The notes below the pieces were generated by a model. That model ran no database searches. It was not told where the DNA came from and worked only from the letters and a program-made list of their open reading frames with translations. Positions 14,540 through 27,010 of a DNA stretch of 64,000 nucleotides are shown piece by piece. Position numbers and translations under genes: made by a program. The stretch's first letter is position 1, and each line of letters begins with the position of its first letter. This stretch comes from Octopus vulgaris (Eukaryota), in assembly GCA_951406725.2 (NCBI GenBank), contig OX597815.1, forward strand, positions 156,612,001 through 156,676,000. The letters are read 5' to 3'.

Positions 14540-14914
14540 GTTCGTTCAAGATATACCACTTGGAAATTCTGCAATGGAGGATACAAATGAATTCTTGAGA
14601 ACAAACCCAACACGAGATTCTCTACACTGACCTTCAGGTAGGCCTCTCCAAAATATAGTATATCCATAAGTAGGTTCATTTGTTGGGTCCTCACAAGACA
14701 ATCGGACTTCAGAAAGTGCAACTATATCAAGAGAATATTTTTTAAGCTCACATGAAATAAGTGCAGTACGCCTTTCTCGCCTCTTGTTGAAATTATCATC
14801 TAGAAGTGTGCACACCTTCCAACAGCCAAAATTCAGAGGTTGCTTATTTGTACTTGTTCTTGAAGATTGTTTGACCACAGTGGCAGGATGACGACCGGGA
14901 GCAGCCTGTGACAC
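14540..14914 (-). pseudogene. RTE-clade LINE apurinic endonuclease fragment
   Basis: GCWKVCTLLD..ERRTALISCELKKYSLDIVALSEVRL..GYTIFWRG..VGFVLKN is typical of the RTE APE N-terminus. Confidence 0.85.
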
Positions 14915-15248
14915 ACTGGGACACCTGCCGAGCGAGACCTATTCTCCTGACATTTCCAAACCTTTTTTGCCATTTAGCGAATCTGTTTGAGACATTCTAG
15001 AGTAAGTTACAAGTGCACTTTTTGGTTTCTACCGACTAACCAATTCAATGATTTTACTAAGATTTGGTGTACAAGAAGTCCCTGTGCAGATGAATTATTT
15101 TTACTGGGTGTAGATTGCACTACACTACCCTAATCATTTGGCCTAGGAAGACTTTCGCCGGTGTGACATGGACATTTTCAAAACCAGAACTTCCAAGGCC
15201 TCAGGTATTATTTTGGAGATTTAAAATTATATATATATATATATATAA

Positions 15249-15393
15249 TTTCCGTCTACCAAATCCACTCAAAAGGCTTGGTTAGCCTAAGACTATAGTA
15301 GAAGGCACTTGCCCAAAGTGCCACAGAGAGAGACTGAACACGGAACCATGTAGCTGCGAAGCAAGCTTCCTACCACACAGCCACTCATGCGCT
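15249..15393 (-). mobile_element. SINE family A, 5' half (diverged)
   Basis: Homologous to the family A head; ends at a (TA)n tract. Confidence 0.8.
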
Positions 15394-15458
15394 TATATTT
15401 AAGTATGTATAGATATACATTGGTTTCAAAGATTTGATGCAAGGTCAGCAATCTCAGT

Positions 15459-15495
15459 TGATGATGATGATGATAATAATAATAATAATGATAAC

Positions 15496-15559
<64 letters not shown>

Positions 15560-15586
15560 GTAATAATAATAATGATGATGATGATG

Positions 15587-15650
<64 letters not shown>
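15459..15650. repeat. (TAA)n/(TGA)n microsatellite, probable LINE target site
   Basis: Read directly; (TAA)n resumes at 17458 after the LINE. Confidence 0.95.
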
Positions 15651-15652
<2 letters not shown>

Positions 15653-17457
15653 TCTGCATAGCCCTAATACCCCTTACAAGTGAATTAAACAGAACAGGGT
15701 ATGGGTATAAAATTGCCAATAAAAAATAAGCCATCTATTTTATATGGATGACTTAAAACTTTATGGTAAAGACAATAATGAACTTGAAGGCCTATTGCGC
15801 ACCGTGAAAGCACTCAGCGATGACATCGGGATGGAGTTTGGACTTGAGAAGTGTGCCAAGGCCACTTTCCAGAAAGGGAAAGTGAAGACCACAAATTCAG
15901 TCGTGTTAGATGTTGACACAGTCATAAGGGAGCTTGAGCAAGAACAAACATACAAATATTTAGGGATAAATGAAGGCTCTGGTATTCAGCATGCAAGCAT
16001 GAAAGAGAAGATCAGGAAGGAATGTTATAGGAGAGTTTGTGCAGTCCTGAAATCTGAACTAAATGCACGTAACAAGGTGTTAGCTATAAATTACTTAGCA
16101 GTTCCAGTTGTTACTTATAGCTACAATGTGTTGAACTGGAATATGAGTGAAGTAAAGGATATAGATAGGAAAATACGCAAGCTGCTGAGTTGTAATAGGA
16201 TGCACCACCCAAAGGCAGACGTAGATCGCCTTTACCTTCCCAGAGCCCAAGGAGGTCGAGGCCTGATCCAATTTGAACTAGCTTACAAAACAACCACAAT
16301 TGGACTGGCCAAATATCTCGAATTATCGAATGACTGGATGCTAAAGCTCGTGGAAAATCACGAGAGACGAAAGAAGCTTCATTCTATCATAAAGGAAAGC
16401 AAAAAAATTGCTATTGATCTCGTGCAGGATACCCAAACTGAACAACCCGAGGGAAGTACGGCAACTATTGTTGCAAAGAAGGTGAAAATGATGGCAATGA
16501 AAAAAGCGCACGAGCAATTGGCTGATAGGTGGGAGGAGAAACCTCTGCACGGCAAATATGTGACCCGCAGCAAACAAGCTGATGTTGACCAGAAGCAAAC
16601 CCATCAGTGGCTACGGAGCTCAGGGCTAAAAGCAGAGAGCGAAGGTTTCATCCTGGCTGCTCAAGATCAAAGCCTATTAACCCGGAACTACCAGGCCAAT
16701 GTGATGAAAAATGGAGCAGACCCAAAATGCCGATTCTGCAATGACATGATTGAAACAGTGGACCACCTAATCTCTGGATGTAAAGTCTTAGCACCAGTGG
16801 AGCATAAATTAAGACATGACAGAGTTGGCCAATATCTCCACTGGCTAATAAGTCGGCATTACAATATCAAAACTGCCGACAAGTGGTATAATCACCACCC
16901 TGAGGCTGTAACTGAAGGAGAAAATGTAACCATTCTGTGGGACTTTCCAGTACATACAGACCGAACCATCAAGGCCAATAAACCAGATATTGTTGTGAAA
17001 GACCAAAATAATAAAGTTTGCTTATTGATCGACATGAGCATCCCCTGTGATCATAATATCTCAGCGAAAGAGTTTGACAAGCTCAGAAAATATAAAGACC
17101 TACTCATTGAAATTGAGAAAATGTGGCATCTCAAGGCGGTTACAATACCAGTGATCGTAGGAGCACTAGGAATGATCAAGAAGGGAACCGAAAATTATAT
17201 GAGAATGATCCCTGGCTTACCAACCCTGCAAGAAGTGCAAAAGATTGTCTTAACTGGTACATCACACGTATTGAGAAGAGCATTGTCGATGTGAGAACTG
17301 TTGCTGCTCATGTATTTTAATTTAACTTAAAAAAAAAAATGAACGAACTATTGAGTTTGGTTTAATGGACTACCAATGTATACTATGAGTTTCTTTGCCC
17401 TAGGAGTCGGGAAAACACTCGGCAAGAAATGGAAGCAAATTTGAAAGAAGAAAAAAG
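15651..17457 (+). mobile_element. R4/Dong-like non-LTR retrotransposon, 5'-truncated, inserted in (TAA)n
   Basis: Begins mid-RT (FCIALIPL), is flanked by TAA repeats on both sides and has a short 3' UTR. Confidence 0.9.
15744..17294 (+). CDS. Uninterrupted C-terminal ORF of the Dong-like LINE: RT (YMDD), CCHC knuckle, restriction-like endonuclease
   Basis: HLFYMDDLKLY, CRFCNDMIETVDHLISGC, RHD and KPDIV..LIDMSIP..KY. The Met is the internal YMDD Met, so this is not a true start. Confidence 0.88.
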   Translation: MDDLKLYGKDNNELEGLLRTVKALSDDIGMEFGLEKCAKATFQKGKVKTTNSVVLDVDTVIRELEQEQTYKYLGINEGSGIQHASMKEKIRKECYRRVCAVLKSELNARNKVLAINYLAVPVVTYSYNVLNWNMSEVKDIDRKIRKLLSCNRMHHPKADVDRLYLPRAQGGRGLIQFELAYKTTTIGLAKYLELSNDWMLKLVENHERRKKLHSIIKESKKIAIDLVQDTQTEQPEGSTATIVAKKVKMMAMKKAHEQLADRWEEKPLHGKYVTRSKQADVDQKQTHQWLRSSGLKAESEGFILAAQDQSLLTRNYQANVMKNGADPKCRFCNDMIETVDHLISGCKVLAPVEHKLRHDRVGQYLHWLISRHYNIKTADKWYNHHPEAVTEGENVTILWDFPVHTDRTIKANKPDIVVKDQNNKVCLLIDMSIPCDHNISAKEFDKLRKYKDLLIEIEKMWHLKAVTIPVIVGALGMIKKGTENYMRMIPGLPTLQEVQKIVLTGTSHVLRRALSM

Positions 17458-17574
17458 TAATAATAATAATAATAATAACAATGAGAGGAGGAGGAGGAGG
17501 AGGAGGAGGAGAAGAAGAAGAAGAAGAAGAAGAAGAAGAAGAAGAAGAAGAAGAAGAAGAAGAAGAAGAAGAAG

Positions 17575-17970
17575 AAAATAGAGCAGTCATAACAATGATA
17601 GACAAAGAAAAACGAAGTTGCTCACTAATTGATCCATTATGTTTGTTTGATTACAGGATTGTAAAGAAAGAGGATGAAAGAAAGAGAGAACAGAATCCCT
17701 TACGATTTGAAATTACAAGAATTTGGAGAATATGCAATCTGTAACAATTTTGCCTGTAATAATTGGTGCATTAGGTAAAGTTACAGAATAGGTTGAAGGA
17801 GATAGGAATAGAATGTCTTGTAGAGCTTCCCTCTTAGTAACAGGAAAGATTATGAGGAGGGTATTCAACACTTGAAAGACTATTGAAAGATTGTGGTTAC
17901 CTAAGGCTGCATACAGTAACCCGCTACCCACATAAATTCTACTATAAATAAGAACGAACTTGAGTCAAAT
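17575..17970 (+). pseudogene. Older R4/Dong-like endonuclease 3' fragment
   Basis: IDKEKRSCSLID..FDYRIVKKE..LRFEITRIW..PVIIGALGKV, following a (GGA)n(GAA)n tract. Confidence 0.7.
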
Positions 17971-18072
17971 CATTAATTAGAAATTGGCTACATTTGAACT
18001 ACATTTGAAGACGGAGTAAAATGTCACTAAGCATTTTGCCCGGTGTGATAACACTTTTTCCACCGCATATAT

Positions 18073-18159
<87 letters not shown>

Positions 18160-18899
18160 TTTAACAGTTAAAATTGTGTTCACAAGATTTAGATTTCAGC
18201 TTTAGATCTTTTGGTTTTGCCAATGTAACATATTCACAACTTTGTTCTTCCACTGTAGTATGAATTCTTTTCGACTTGTTTTCGGTACGCAGAAAAATTT
18301 GCTTGGTTTTTGGATCAAAACTGATAAGAGTAGAAAGTTGGCAAGTCTCAAATTGCCAAAATATAAAAACAAAACAGATAAATGTATACTGGCCACACCG
18401 AAATCTTATTATCGGAACGCACGTGAATACTCCAGCAGCTGTTCACGGACGTTCAATTTGATCCGTGTTAAACACTCATTTAGGAACGTGTTGCAATAAA
18501 AATTATAATTTCATAATTCAGAACACGAGCAAAACAATTGCATTTTACCGAGATATTGAAAAAGTTATGAATGGATGGTAATTTTTATTCAAATTTTGTT
18601 CGATTTTTAAATAACATTCACTACAAAGAAGCTGCAATACTATAATCATTATCACCCTTTGTATACACAACAATAGACACTACTGTTATAGACACTACTG
18701 TTAGGGAAAAGTAAATATCCATGTAAATACTCCCCTAGAAATTCATTGTGATTATTGTTGCCCCAAGATGATAGTATCGTGTAAATGCCAAAACTGTGAA
18801 AATCTGTGTATGTTGATCTATTAGGGAACTATGGCTTCTATAAATGAATAGCACGATTAAAAAGATCGAAATCATTGTCTTATGCCCTCGTCAAATCAT

Positions 18900-20330
18900 G
18901 CAGCATGAAGAAGAAACAAGCGCGAAGAAATTGGTAAACAAGATTCTTCAGAATCATTATTAGATGTCATGCTTAAGGGCGTTAACAAGAAAGTACAGGT
19001 GACATTTAACACATCTATTCAGGAAGAAACTATATGCAGTAGGAAACGGCATAAGAACCACCTTGAAGAACCACATAGTAAAGTTAAATAGGAGATTATA
19101 CATGCAGGTTCAAAGTACAGCCATTGGTGTCAGTGTGGCTGGAGATGTGGCCGACTCCTTCATGACCTGGTGGGACAGAAAACTTAAACAATCCTTAGCG
19201 GAACAATCCACAACTGTTTTGCTTTACTGTAGGTATGTCGATGACATTAATATTCTAATAGGACAAGCTTTAGTAACTGTAATGTAGAAACAGAGAGGAG
19301 CATAATGGAATGCGTCCAGCACGTAGCTAACTCCATCCACTAAAGTATCAAGGTAACTTTAGATTACACCACTAGGCACCCTAACAATAGACTCCCTGTC
19401 CTAATACTAAATTTGGTTAGAGACTGTGAGCAACAGAGTGCAGCTCCTCCATTCCTATTACATGAAACCTATAGCTTTTAAATATGTTGTTCATAAGAAC
19501 TCAACTTTGTCACACAACATGGGAATCAACATACTGATTGCAGACTGAGAATAATTAACAAAGTGACCCATTATGCAAAGCCTATGAAACAAAGAAACAT
19601 GTAGAGAACTTCATGCACCGCATGCAATTTTCTGGATACGATCAGAAAGATAGGGTTCGGGTATACGGGGGAGCAAGAAAGAAGTTAGATAACATTATAT
19701 GTAACGAAGCCGGTGGTAACTGCCCTAGATATAGAAGTAAGGGTTGGAAGAGGATACAAAGAGTTTGTAACAAAGCAAAGAGGGTGAACACGTAGTACAA
19801 AACCGACAAATATCAAGGAGGGGTGTTTATAGAGGCCACATCCCATGGAGAACTAGCCCGAAGATTTAGGAAAAGTCTGAAGGAGGCCATATTCAACATT
19901 ATGATTGTTGAAAAGCCAATGACCTCCATCAGATCACAACTATGAAGTACGTATGCCTTCGAGAATACCGCATGCACCAATGATAACTGCATGGTATGTA
20001 AGATTACCAAGATTAACCCTCGCATTAACTGTAGATCTAGAAATGTAGTATACAGCATATCGTGCATAGAGGGTGCTTATAAAGACAAGAACATGATATA
20101 CATAGGTGTGACATGTAGAAACATTGCGGAGAGACTAAATAGACACTTAAGACAATATGACGACAAAGCAGTCCTCTATACTCTACCAACATGCCAAAGA
20201 TCAACATGGAGGTATACTGGGTCAATTTGACATGCGCATTTTACCCATGCACCCGAAGTACCCAGTAATGAGACAAATACAGGAGTACGTCCCCATACAT
20301 GAAACACCCTCCCAGGAAATATATGTAGAA
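18900..20330 (+). pseudogene. Penelope-like element, degenerate RT plus GIY-YIG endonuclease
   Basis: LYMQVQSTAIGVSVAGDVADSFM, YCRYVDDINI and CRSRNVVYSISC..YIGVTCRNIAERLNRH. Confidence 0.88.
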
Positions 20331-20398
20331 GGTAGTCATACCCTAATACCCACAGTTTATACATACACAAGTAGAGTTGCTACTAGGCTGTTACCTGC

Positions 20399-20438
<40 letters not shown>

Positions 20439-20766
20439 GTGTAGGTAGGTAGGTAGGTATAGGTAGATATGTAAGTAAACAGATAGATAAACAGATGTAT
20501 AGATACATACGGGCAGAAAAGCACACACACATACACACATACATACAAGCACACGCACGCACACATACAAATACACAAACATGAACATACAAATATATGA
20601 ATATGCAGAATACATACATACATACATGCATACTTACACGTGTATCCACATGCACACTGGTACCCATATATGCTTATATACATATATATATACATATATA
20701 TGTATGTATGCATATATGCATATATATATATACACACACACACACATATATATATATATAATATAT

Positions 20767-20814
<48 letters not shown>

Positions 20815-21498
20815 GAGTGTATTTTTACCTTGTTAACTCCATTTTTTATTCATATATATATATATATATATTAATCAATGTATTTAAACCTAGATTCACT
20901 CTTTGTCGTTCATTCAGATTTCTTTTATTTAACCTCACATGAATGTTTTATGTATGGTGTTGTCGGTTTTATCATTCTTCTGTCCAATAAGAAACAAATG
21001 TTATTTCAAATACACACACATACATGAAATGTGTGTGTGTGTGTGCGGGGGGGGGGGTGCGAGGGGGGGAGCGCGCGTGCACGTGTGTGTACTTACGTGT
21101 ATGTAACACAAGAGTGACTGGTCGAACGTAAGTGACACGCAACTATTTTAAACACTAGTTTGACTCGGTTCGCTAATCTGAGTTTCATGGGTGTGTAGGA
21201 CGCGTATATTTCAGATATCAGGAGAAGAATGAGAGACAAATTCAATGTAGCTATTTCAAGATGGGTTCTAGATGTTAGGCCTCTATTGATAATTTATGTT
21301 CACACTGCGTTAATTCCGTGGAAGTGGTACCAGCTGTTTGTTTTGTTACTAAGCCCGCATGCTCGAACAGGACGTTAGCAGAATGTTGTCGATTTGGCGG
21401 AAGGCTGCGGTATAGTGTAATTAGCGACGTCAGTTTGCGGCATCGGTTACCGCGCATGGTAGAGTAGGATGCTGGCATTCAGTGGAGTGGCAGGCAGT

Positions 21499-21730
21499 CT
21501 TGTTTGTCCCCTCTGTGTTTAGTTCCTTGTGTGTAGTAAAGAAATAGGTATTTCGTCTGCCATTACGTTCTGAGTTCAAATTCCACCAAGGTCAACTTTG
21601 CCTTTCATCCTTTCGGGGTCGATAAATTAAGTACCAGTTTATGCACTGGGGTCGATATAATCGACTTAATCCGTTTGTCTGTCCTTGTTTGTCCTCTCTG
21701 TGTTTAGCCCCTTGTGGGTAGTAAAGAAAT
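21499..21730 (+). mobile_element. SINE family B, headless tail-body-tail arrangement
   Basis: Tail segment 21499-21547 is repeated at about 21684-21730; the tRNA A box is absent. Confidence 0.85.
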
Positions 21731-21838
21731 GGAGAATAACAAATGTTACAATGGAAGCTGGATTACATGCGGCTGGGATTAAATACTCTGTCTGAGTGTA
21801 GTACAGCGAAACCCAGAGTAGTATTCTCTTTCTCTTTT

Positions 21839-22238
21839 TCTCTTTTACTTGTTTCAGTCATTTGACTGCGGCCATGCTGGAGCACCGCCCTTTTAGTCGA
21901 GCAAATCGACCCCGGGACTTATTCTTTGTAAGCCCAGTACTTATTCTATCGGTGTCTTTTGCCGAACCGCTAAGTGACGGGGACTTAAACACACCATCAT
22001 CGGTTGTCAAGCAATGCTAGGGGGACAAACACAGACACACAAACACACATACACACATATATATATACATATATACGACAGGCTTCTTTCAGTTTCCGTC
22101 TACCAAATCCACTCACAAGGCATTGGTCGGCCCGGGGCTATAGCAGAAGACACTTGCCCAAGATGCCACGCAGTGGGACTGAACCCGGAACCATGTGGTT
22201 GGTTAGCAAGCTACTTACCACACAGCCACTCCTGCGCC
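21839..22238 (-). mobile_element. SINE family A, full length
   Basis: Complete head, CORE-like segment, internal microsatellite and tail. Confidence 0.92.
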
Positions 22239-22537
22239 TGGATTGTCCAGTATATCTGGATTGTCAGTTGCGTGTGGCTTAATTAATATTCACTAACAGG
22301 GTGTATGTCTGGTAGCAACAATAAGATAGTTTATTCTTCCTATTGCTGGATAACTGCAAGTTAGTTGAATATTTTGTCTCAAATCTCTTAATCTTCTAAT
22401 ATCTGATGAAAAAGACTTGGTCTTACACGCCCACGAGATTGTAAGTCGTACAGAGTTGAGTCAAATTGATATTACACGCGCGCGCGCGCGCATATATATA
22501 TGTTTGTATATATATATATGTATGTATTTATCACCCT

Positions 22538-22827
22538 TGCCAGAGCACGTTCCGGGGACTGTGCCTCTGCTCTCTCTCTCTCCTCGCACCCTCCCCACCG
22601 TTGTCCGTCTCCCGCTTCCCCTCACCTACCACCCCTCCAACGCATGGCTCTCCGAGCCTTCCGGCAACTCCAGTCCAATCCCTCCACTTTGCACATCTTC
22701 CCTAACCTACCCCTTCCCTCTTAGTCCCGCTAACCCCACCTCCCATCCTGGTTCGTTCCCCTGCTCCCGCCCACGTTGCCACACTTACCCCTACCTCTCC
22801 AACACCACCATCCTCAAAGGCAACTAA
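22538..22827 (+). pseudogene. Penelope-like fragment (linker and Cys motif before GIY-YIG)
   Basis: RLPLPLTYHP and PGSFPCSRPRCHTYPYL resemble PLE 'PLVLTYHP' and 'GxxPCxxxRCxxC' motifs. Confidence 0.65.
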
Positions 22828-22869
22828 CTACATTCTTCACAGACACACACACAAACACACATACATACA

Positions 22870-22913
<44 letters not shown>

Positions 22914-23444
22914 GTGATAAATCATAGGACTCAGTACAGATGGAGAGCATTTTTAATACATTATAACTGAAAGGTTCCGATTTTCAGTAGTACTCAGAGT
23001 TATTGGTTTCCGATCACCAGATGTTAAACCGAACCTGGTTTTCTTTTGAATATACAATGTTTTAAATATTTTCTGAAAAAATGAAGTTGAAGTTTGAAGG
23101 AAACGCTTATCGCTTTCGTTTAAAAAGCCTCTGTGAAGGACACATGCGAAACTGCTACTTCAAGCTCACGATTTTTTTGATTTAATTACTAGTTTTCCTG
23201 GCAGTATTTTATAAACGTCATAAACTCAATACTATCGAAGTCATGAAACCGCATTGCTGTTTAAGCATTGTTCTAAAACAATTATTTCAATTAAATTTTT
23301 AAATTAATGTTTTTTAAAAAAAAAATAGTGTGTATTCTGGGTTAAATGATGTATGCGCCTGTGCAGACGCATACATACGTATATTCATATGAACACACAG
23401 TCACATATTCATGCACAGACTTCTATATTCATATTTATATATAC

Positions 23445-23487
<43 letters not shown>

Positions 23488-23532
23488 AGTGTGTGTGTGT
23501 ACATATATATATATATTTATATATATATATAA

Positions 23533-23597
23533 ATACAACAAGAGGCTTCTAAATAGGAAAGCATAAGGCTTTCCTATTTGGAAGCCTCTTGTTGTAT
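23533..23597. repeat. Near-perfect hairpin (30-bp arms, 5-nt loop)
   Basis: ATACAACAAGAGGCTTCTAAATAGGAAAGC / GCTTTCCTATTTGGAAGCCTCTTGTTGTAT. Confidence 0.9.
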
Positions 23598-23677
23598 ATC
23601 TATGGGAATAATAGTCTAATGACTAATTCATTTTTTATGCTAGGCCACTGGCAATAATAATTTCTTATCCCCCTATT

Positions 23678-23761
<84 letters not shown>

Positions 23762-23829
23762 CGCCATGATAGATCGGTAGCCACTTCACACATTTTTTCT
23801 CTCCTTCTTGTTTTTTTTTTTCTGTGTCC

Positions 23830-23865
23830 CTTTCTGTAGAAGAGCGTAGGCTCGGAACGTAAAAG
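23830..23865 (+). ncRNA. Degenerate minimal hammerhead-like motif
   Basis: CTTT-CTGTAGA-A-GAGC gtag GCTC-GGAAC-GTA-AAAG; two core mismatches. Confidence 0.45.
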
Positions 23866-24368
23866 ACTTTTTCAATTCCTGAGTGTTATACTGTTTGTTT
23901 TGTACACCACCTGTCTTCGTCTTTTGTTGTTTTTTTTTTTTTTTCGTGAACTCTCCCTATATATATATATATGAGAAAAAGTGAGTTCAAAAAGTACAAT
24001 TCAAACTTTTGTGGGAATCCAAAAAGAGAGAAAAAAATGATTTTCAATAAAGATTAATCATATTCATAAAAAAACAGCCAGAGCAAGTAATAAGAATATG
24101 AAAATAATATTTGAGGGGTTTCGTTATAAAGAAGTATAAAAATCTGGAGAAAAAGTGTTGAATCAGAAATAGATTTATTACAAAATTGGATTCAATGCAC
24201 ACGTACTTTTCGAAAAACAATGCAAATGCGTTTATGTATTTATTTATTCATTTATTTATGTTCTTATCATATTCTTAGATATTTTGAGTATGGATATCTT
24301 CTATGTGTGTGCATGTATGTATGTGAACCTGTGTGGCTATGTTTATGCACTTGTATCCTTGGGTATAA

Positions 24369-24425
<57 letters not shown>

Positions 24426-24529
24426 AATTTCGTGGTACTGGTCATGCTTTGGCTCGCTCTGACACTGAGTTGAGATAATGCCTTCTAGTATCTCAAAATT
24501 TAATATACAATTATTCATAATTGTGGTAT

Positions 24530-24621
24530 CCTGCGCCGATGAGAAAAGAAGTTTCGGTAAAGTAGAATTTTCTAATTCTTATGCTCTCCTAAAACTTGAT
24601 TTCGAAACGGACGTCCGTAGG
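24530..24621 (+). ncRNA. Type I hammerhead ribozyme motif, copy 1 (CCGAUGA core)
   Basis: Stem I CCTGCG/CGTAGG; core CCGATGA; stem II GAAAAGAAGTTT/AAACTTGATTTC; GAAAC-ggac-GTC; predicted cut after C24615. Confidence 0.72.
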
Positions 24622-25117
24622 TAACTTAAAATTGCATGATGGATTGCCGTCATTTCATTCTTTCTTTCTTACCTGTCTGTGTTTGCCTTTCAAGTGCTGT
24701 GTTTTTACTGAGATACCCCTTTTAGTAGAAGGAATAGCTATATCTCTTTGACTGCTATTTCTAAATTCGGTGTGTTGGTGAGGCAATTCGTTGCTAAACC
24801 CTTAATTACTTAGTATTACTTAAATTTTCCTCGAATGGGGCTTTTACATGCCGAAATCTACTTGGTGTAATTGATAATTATTCCAAATTAATTAATTTCA
24901 CCCTTTATTATTACTGATAATGATATTTTATCCCAGTAAATGACGGCAGCATTTTGTCTTGGCTACACGCGGGTGGAAGGGGGCTGGTGACACAAACTTT
25001 CATTCAAACTTTGAATTTCGTGGTACTGGTCATGCTTTGGCTCGCTCTGACACTGAGTTGAGATAATGCCTTCTAGTATCTCAAAATTTAATATACAATT
25101 ATTCATAATTGTGGTAT

Positions 25118-25209
25118 CCTGCGCCGATGAGAAAAGAAGTTTCGGTAAAGTAGAATTTTCTAATTCTTATGCTCTCCTAAAACTTGATTTCGAAACGGAC
25201 GTCCGTAGG
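25118..25209 (+). ncRNA. Type I hammerhead ribozyme motif, copy 2
   Basis: Identical to copy 1; predicted cut after C25203. Confidence 0.72.
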
Positions 25210-25445
25210 TAACTTAAAATTGCATGATGGATTGCCGTCATTTCATTCTTTCTTTCTTACCTGTCTGTGTTTGCCTTTCAAGTGCTGTGTTTTTACTGAG
25301 ATCCCCCTTTTAGTAGAAGGAATAGCTATATCTCTTTGACTGCTATTTCTAAATTCGGTGTGTTGGTGAGGCAATTCGTTGCTAAACCCTTAATTACTTA
25401 GTATGTATATGTATATGTATATATATATATATGCATATATATATA

Positions 25446-25520
<75 letters not shown>

Positions 25521-25922
25521 CATATCTGCCTCTTTTTCATACACATTTTAAAAAATACTTCTTTCTTCTACCTTAATATATGTCAATCATGTAATCAACT
25601 ATATGTCGAGTTTTTTTTTCTTTTATATAAAATTTTTAAAAAACCCATTATAACGGAAAATGGCAAGGATCTTTATTTAACACAACGATCGTTTTGACCC
25701 ATCCTGCATCTGTCCCTTACGAGTGGGATATAATGCAGCTAGTTGTGTTGCATCCATCAGTATAAGGCTGCATCTCATCAGGTGCCTCGTTTTAAAAGGC
25801 AGACCTATCTATCGGTTAAAACCCCGAAAACGCTTCCATACTCTGTCAGTATAGCCAACATCCTACGGGCGACCACGACAAACCAAGAGAAATTCAGTAT
25901 ATGTAGCGAAGTGTCTTATTTA

Positions 25923-26160
25923 AAACAAGAGCACTCGGAGAGCGCAAACTTCCGACAATGCAACAAGAACGTCCTCTCAACGATTAACCAGAGATGACTT
26001 TTAAAATGGGATTATCTGAAATAGACTCGACTGCTCTCACAAACGTGAATACTAAAAATGAATCCGAACGCTCCCAAAAATTAAATAAAAAGAATATGAA
26101 AAATAATTCAGAATCCTTGTCCGATACCGGATCGATCCTAAAATCTAATAAGTCCAAATA
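25923..26160 (-). mobile_element. Possible non-autonomous Helitron/Helentron-like 3' end
   Basis: Minus strand ends in hairpin GCGCTCTCCGAGTGC followed by TCTTGTTT. Confidence 0.4.
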
Positions 26161-26164
26161 GTTA

Positions 26165-26281
<117 letters not shown>

Positions 26282-26757
26282 GTATTTATGTATGTATATA
26301 TGTATATATATATAGGTCTGCTCGCTTAGCCAGCGGGGTGGCGTCATTTGAAGGCTAAAACAATGCGAAGCGCATTGTGACCAGCGATGTGTAGCAACAG
26401 CTGATAGCCTGGTCGGTCACGTGATCACGTGATACATACATATATACTTTTGGGTGACATATTCACGCACAGGAACGTCTTAGATATCGGGGAAACGTTT
26501 GTCAGACCTGCTGAGCTTAGAAAATGGTCTTACTCAGTCACGAGTTGTCACCCACCAGGTATGTGTAATAAACATTTGTTCAATATGTATGTGTGCATAT
26601 ATATTCAGTTATTAAAATCCTGTTATGCTTGACAAGTTCTGGTTCATGAAAACCATTGATCCACATATGTTACATCACAAGTTATTGACAATATCATCTG
26701 CTTTATATACACACACACGCAAATGCACACACCCACACCCACACTCACAGACACACA

Positions 26758-26829
<72 letters not shown>

Positions 26830-27010
26830 CAAAAATTGTATAGTTATGAGCATAATTATAATTAGGGTTCAGCAAGATTTGCTTCACCACATACTGAAAT
26901 TTAGAAATAGTAGTTAAAATACTATTCGACAACCATAAGCCAGACAGCAATACTCAACAACTCACGTAGATAAAGAGAAAAAAATAACGAATCCACTCGG
27001 CTCTGATTAA

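Larger units (their letters stand above)
24422..25404 (+). mobile_element. Retrozyme/pLTR-like element: two 395-bp direct repeats (24422-24816, 25010-25404), period 588 bp
   Basis: Repeats differ at one position by eye, each holds a hammerhead fold, there is no ORF, and both ends abut (TA)n-type tracts. Confidence 0.8.

Noticed and set aside
15426-15734. Poly-Leu/poly-Ile membrane-like ORFs, and poly-Glu/Ser ORFs at 17348-17744
   Set aside because: They arise from (TAA)n, (GGA)n and (GAA)n tracts.
18202-18499. Short non-repetitive ORFs as possible host exons
   Set aside because: No recognisable domain or convincing splice context; not supportable without transcript data.
21290-21498. CpG-rich stretch suggesting a promoter
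   Set aside because: Short, interrupted by a SINE and more likely a TE fragment; no supporting elements.
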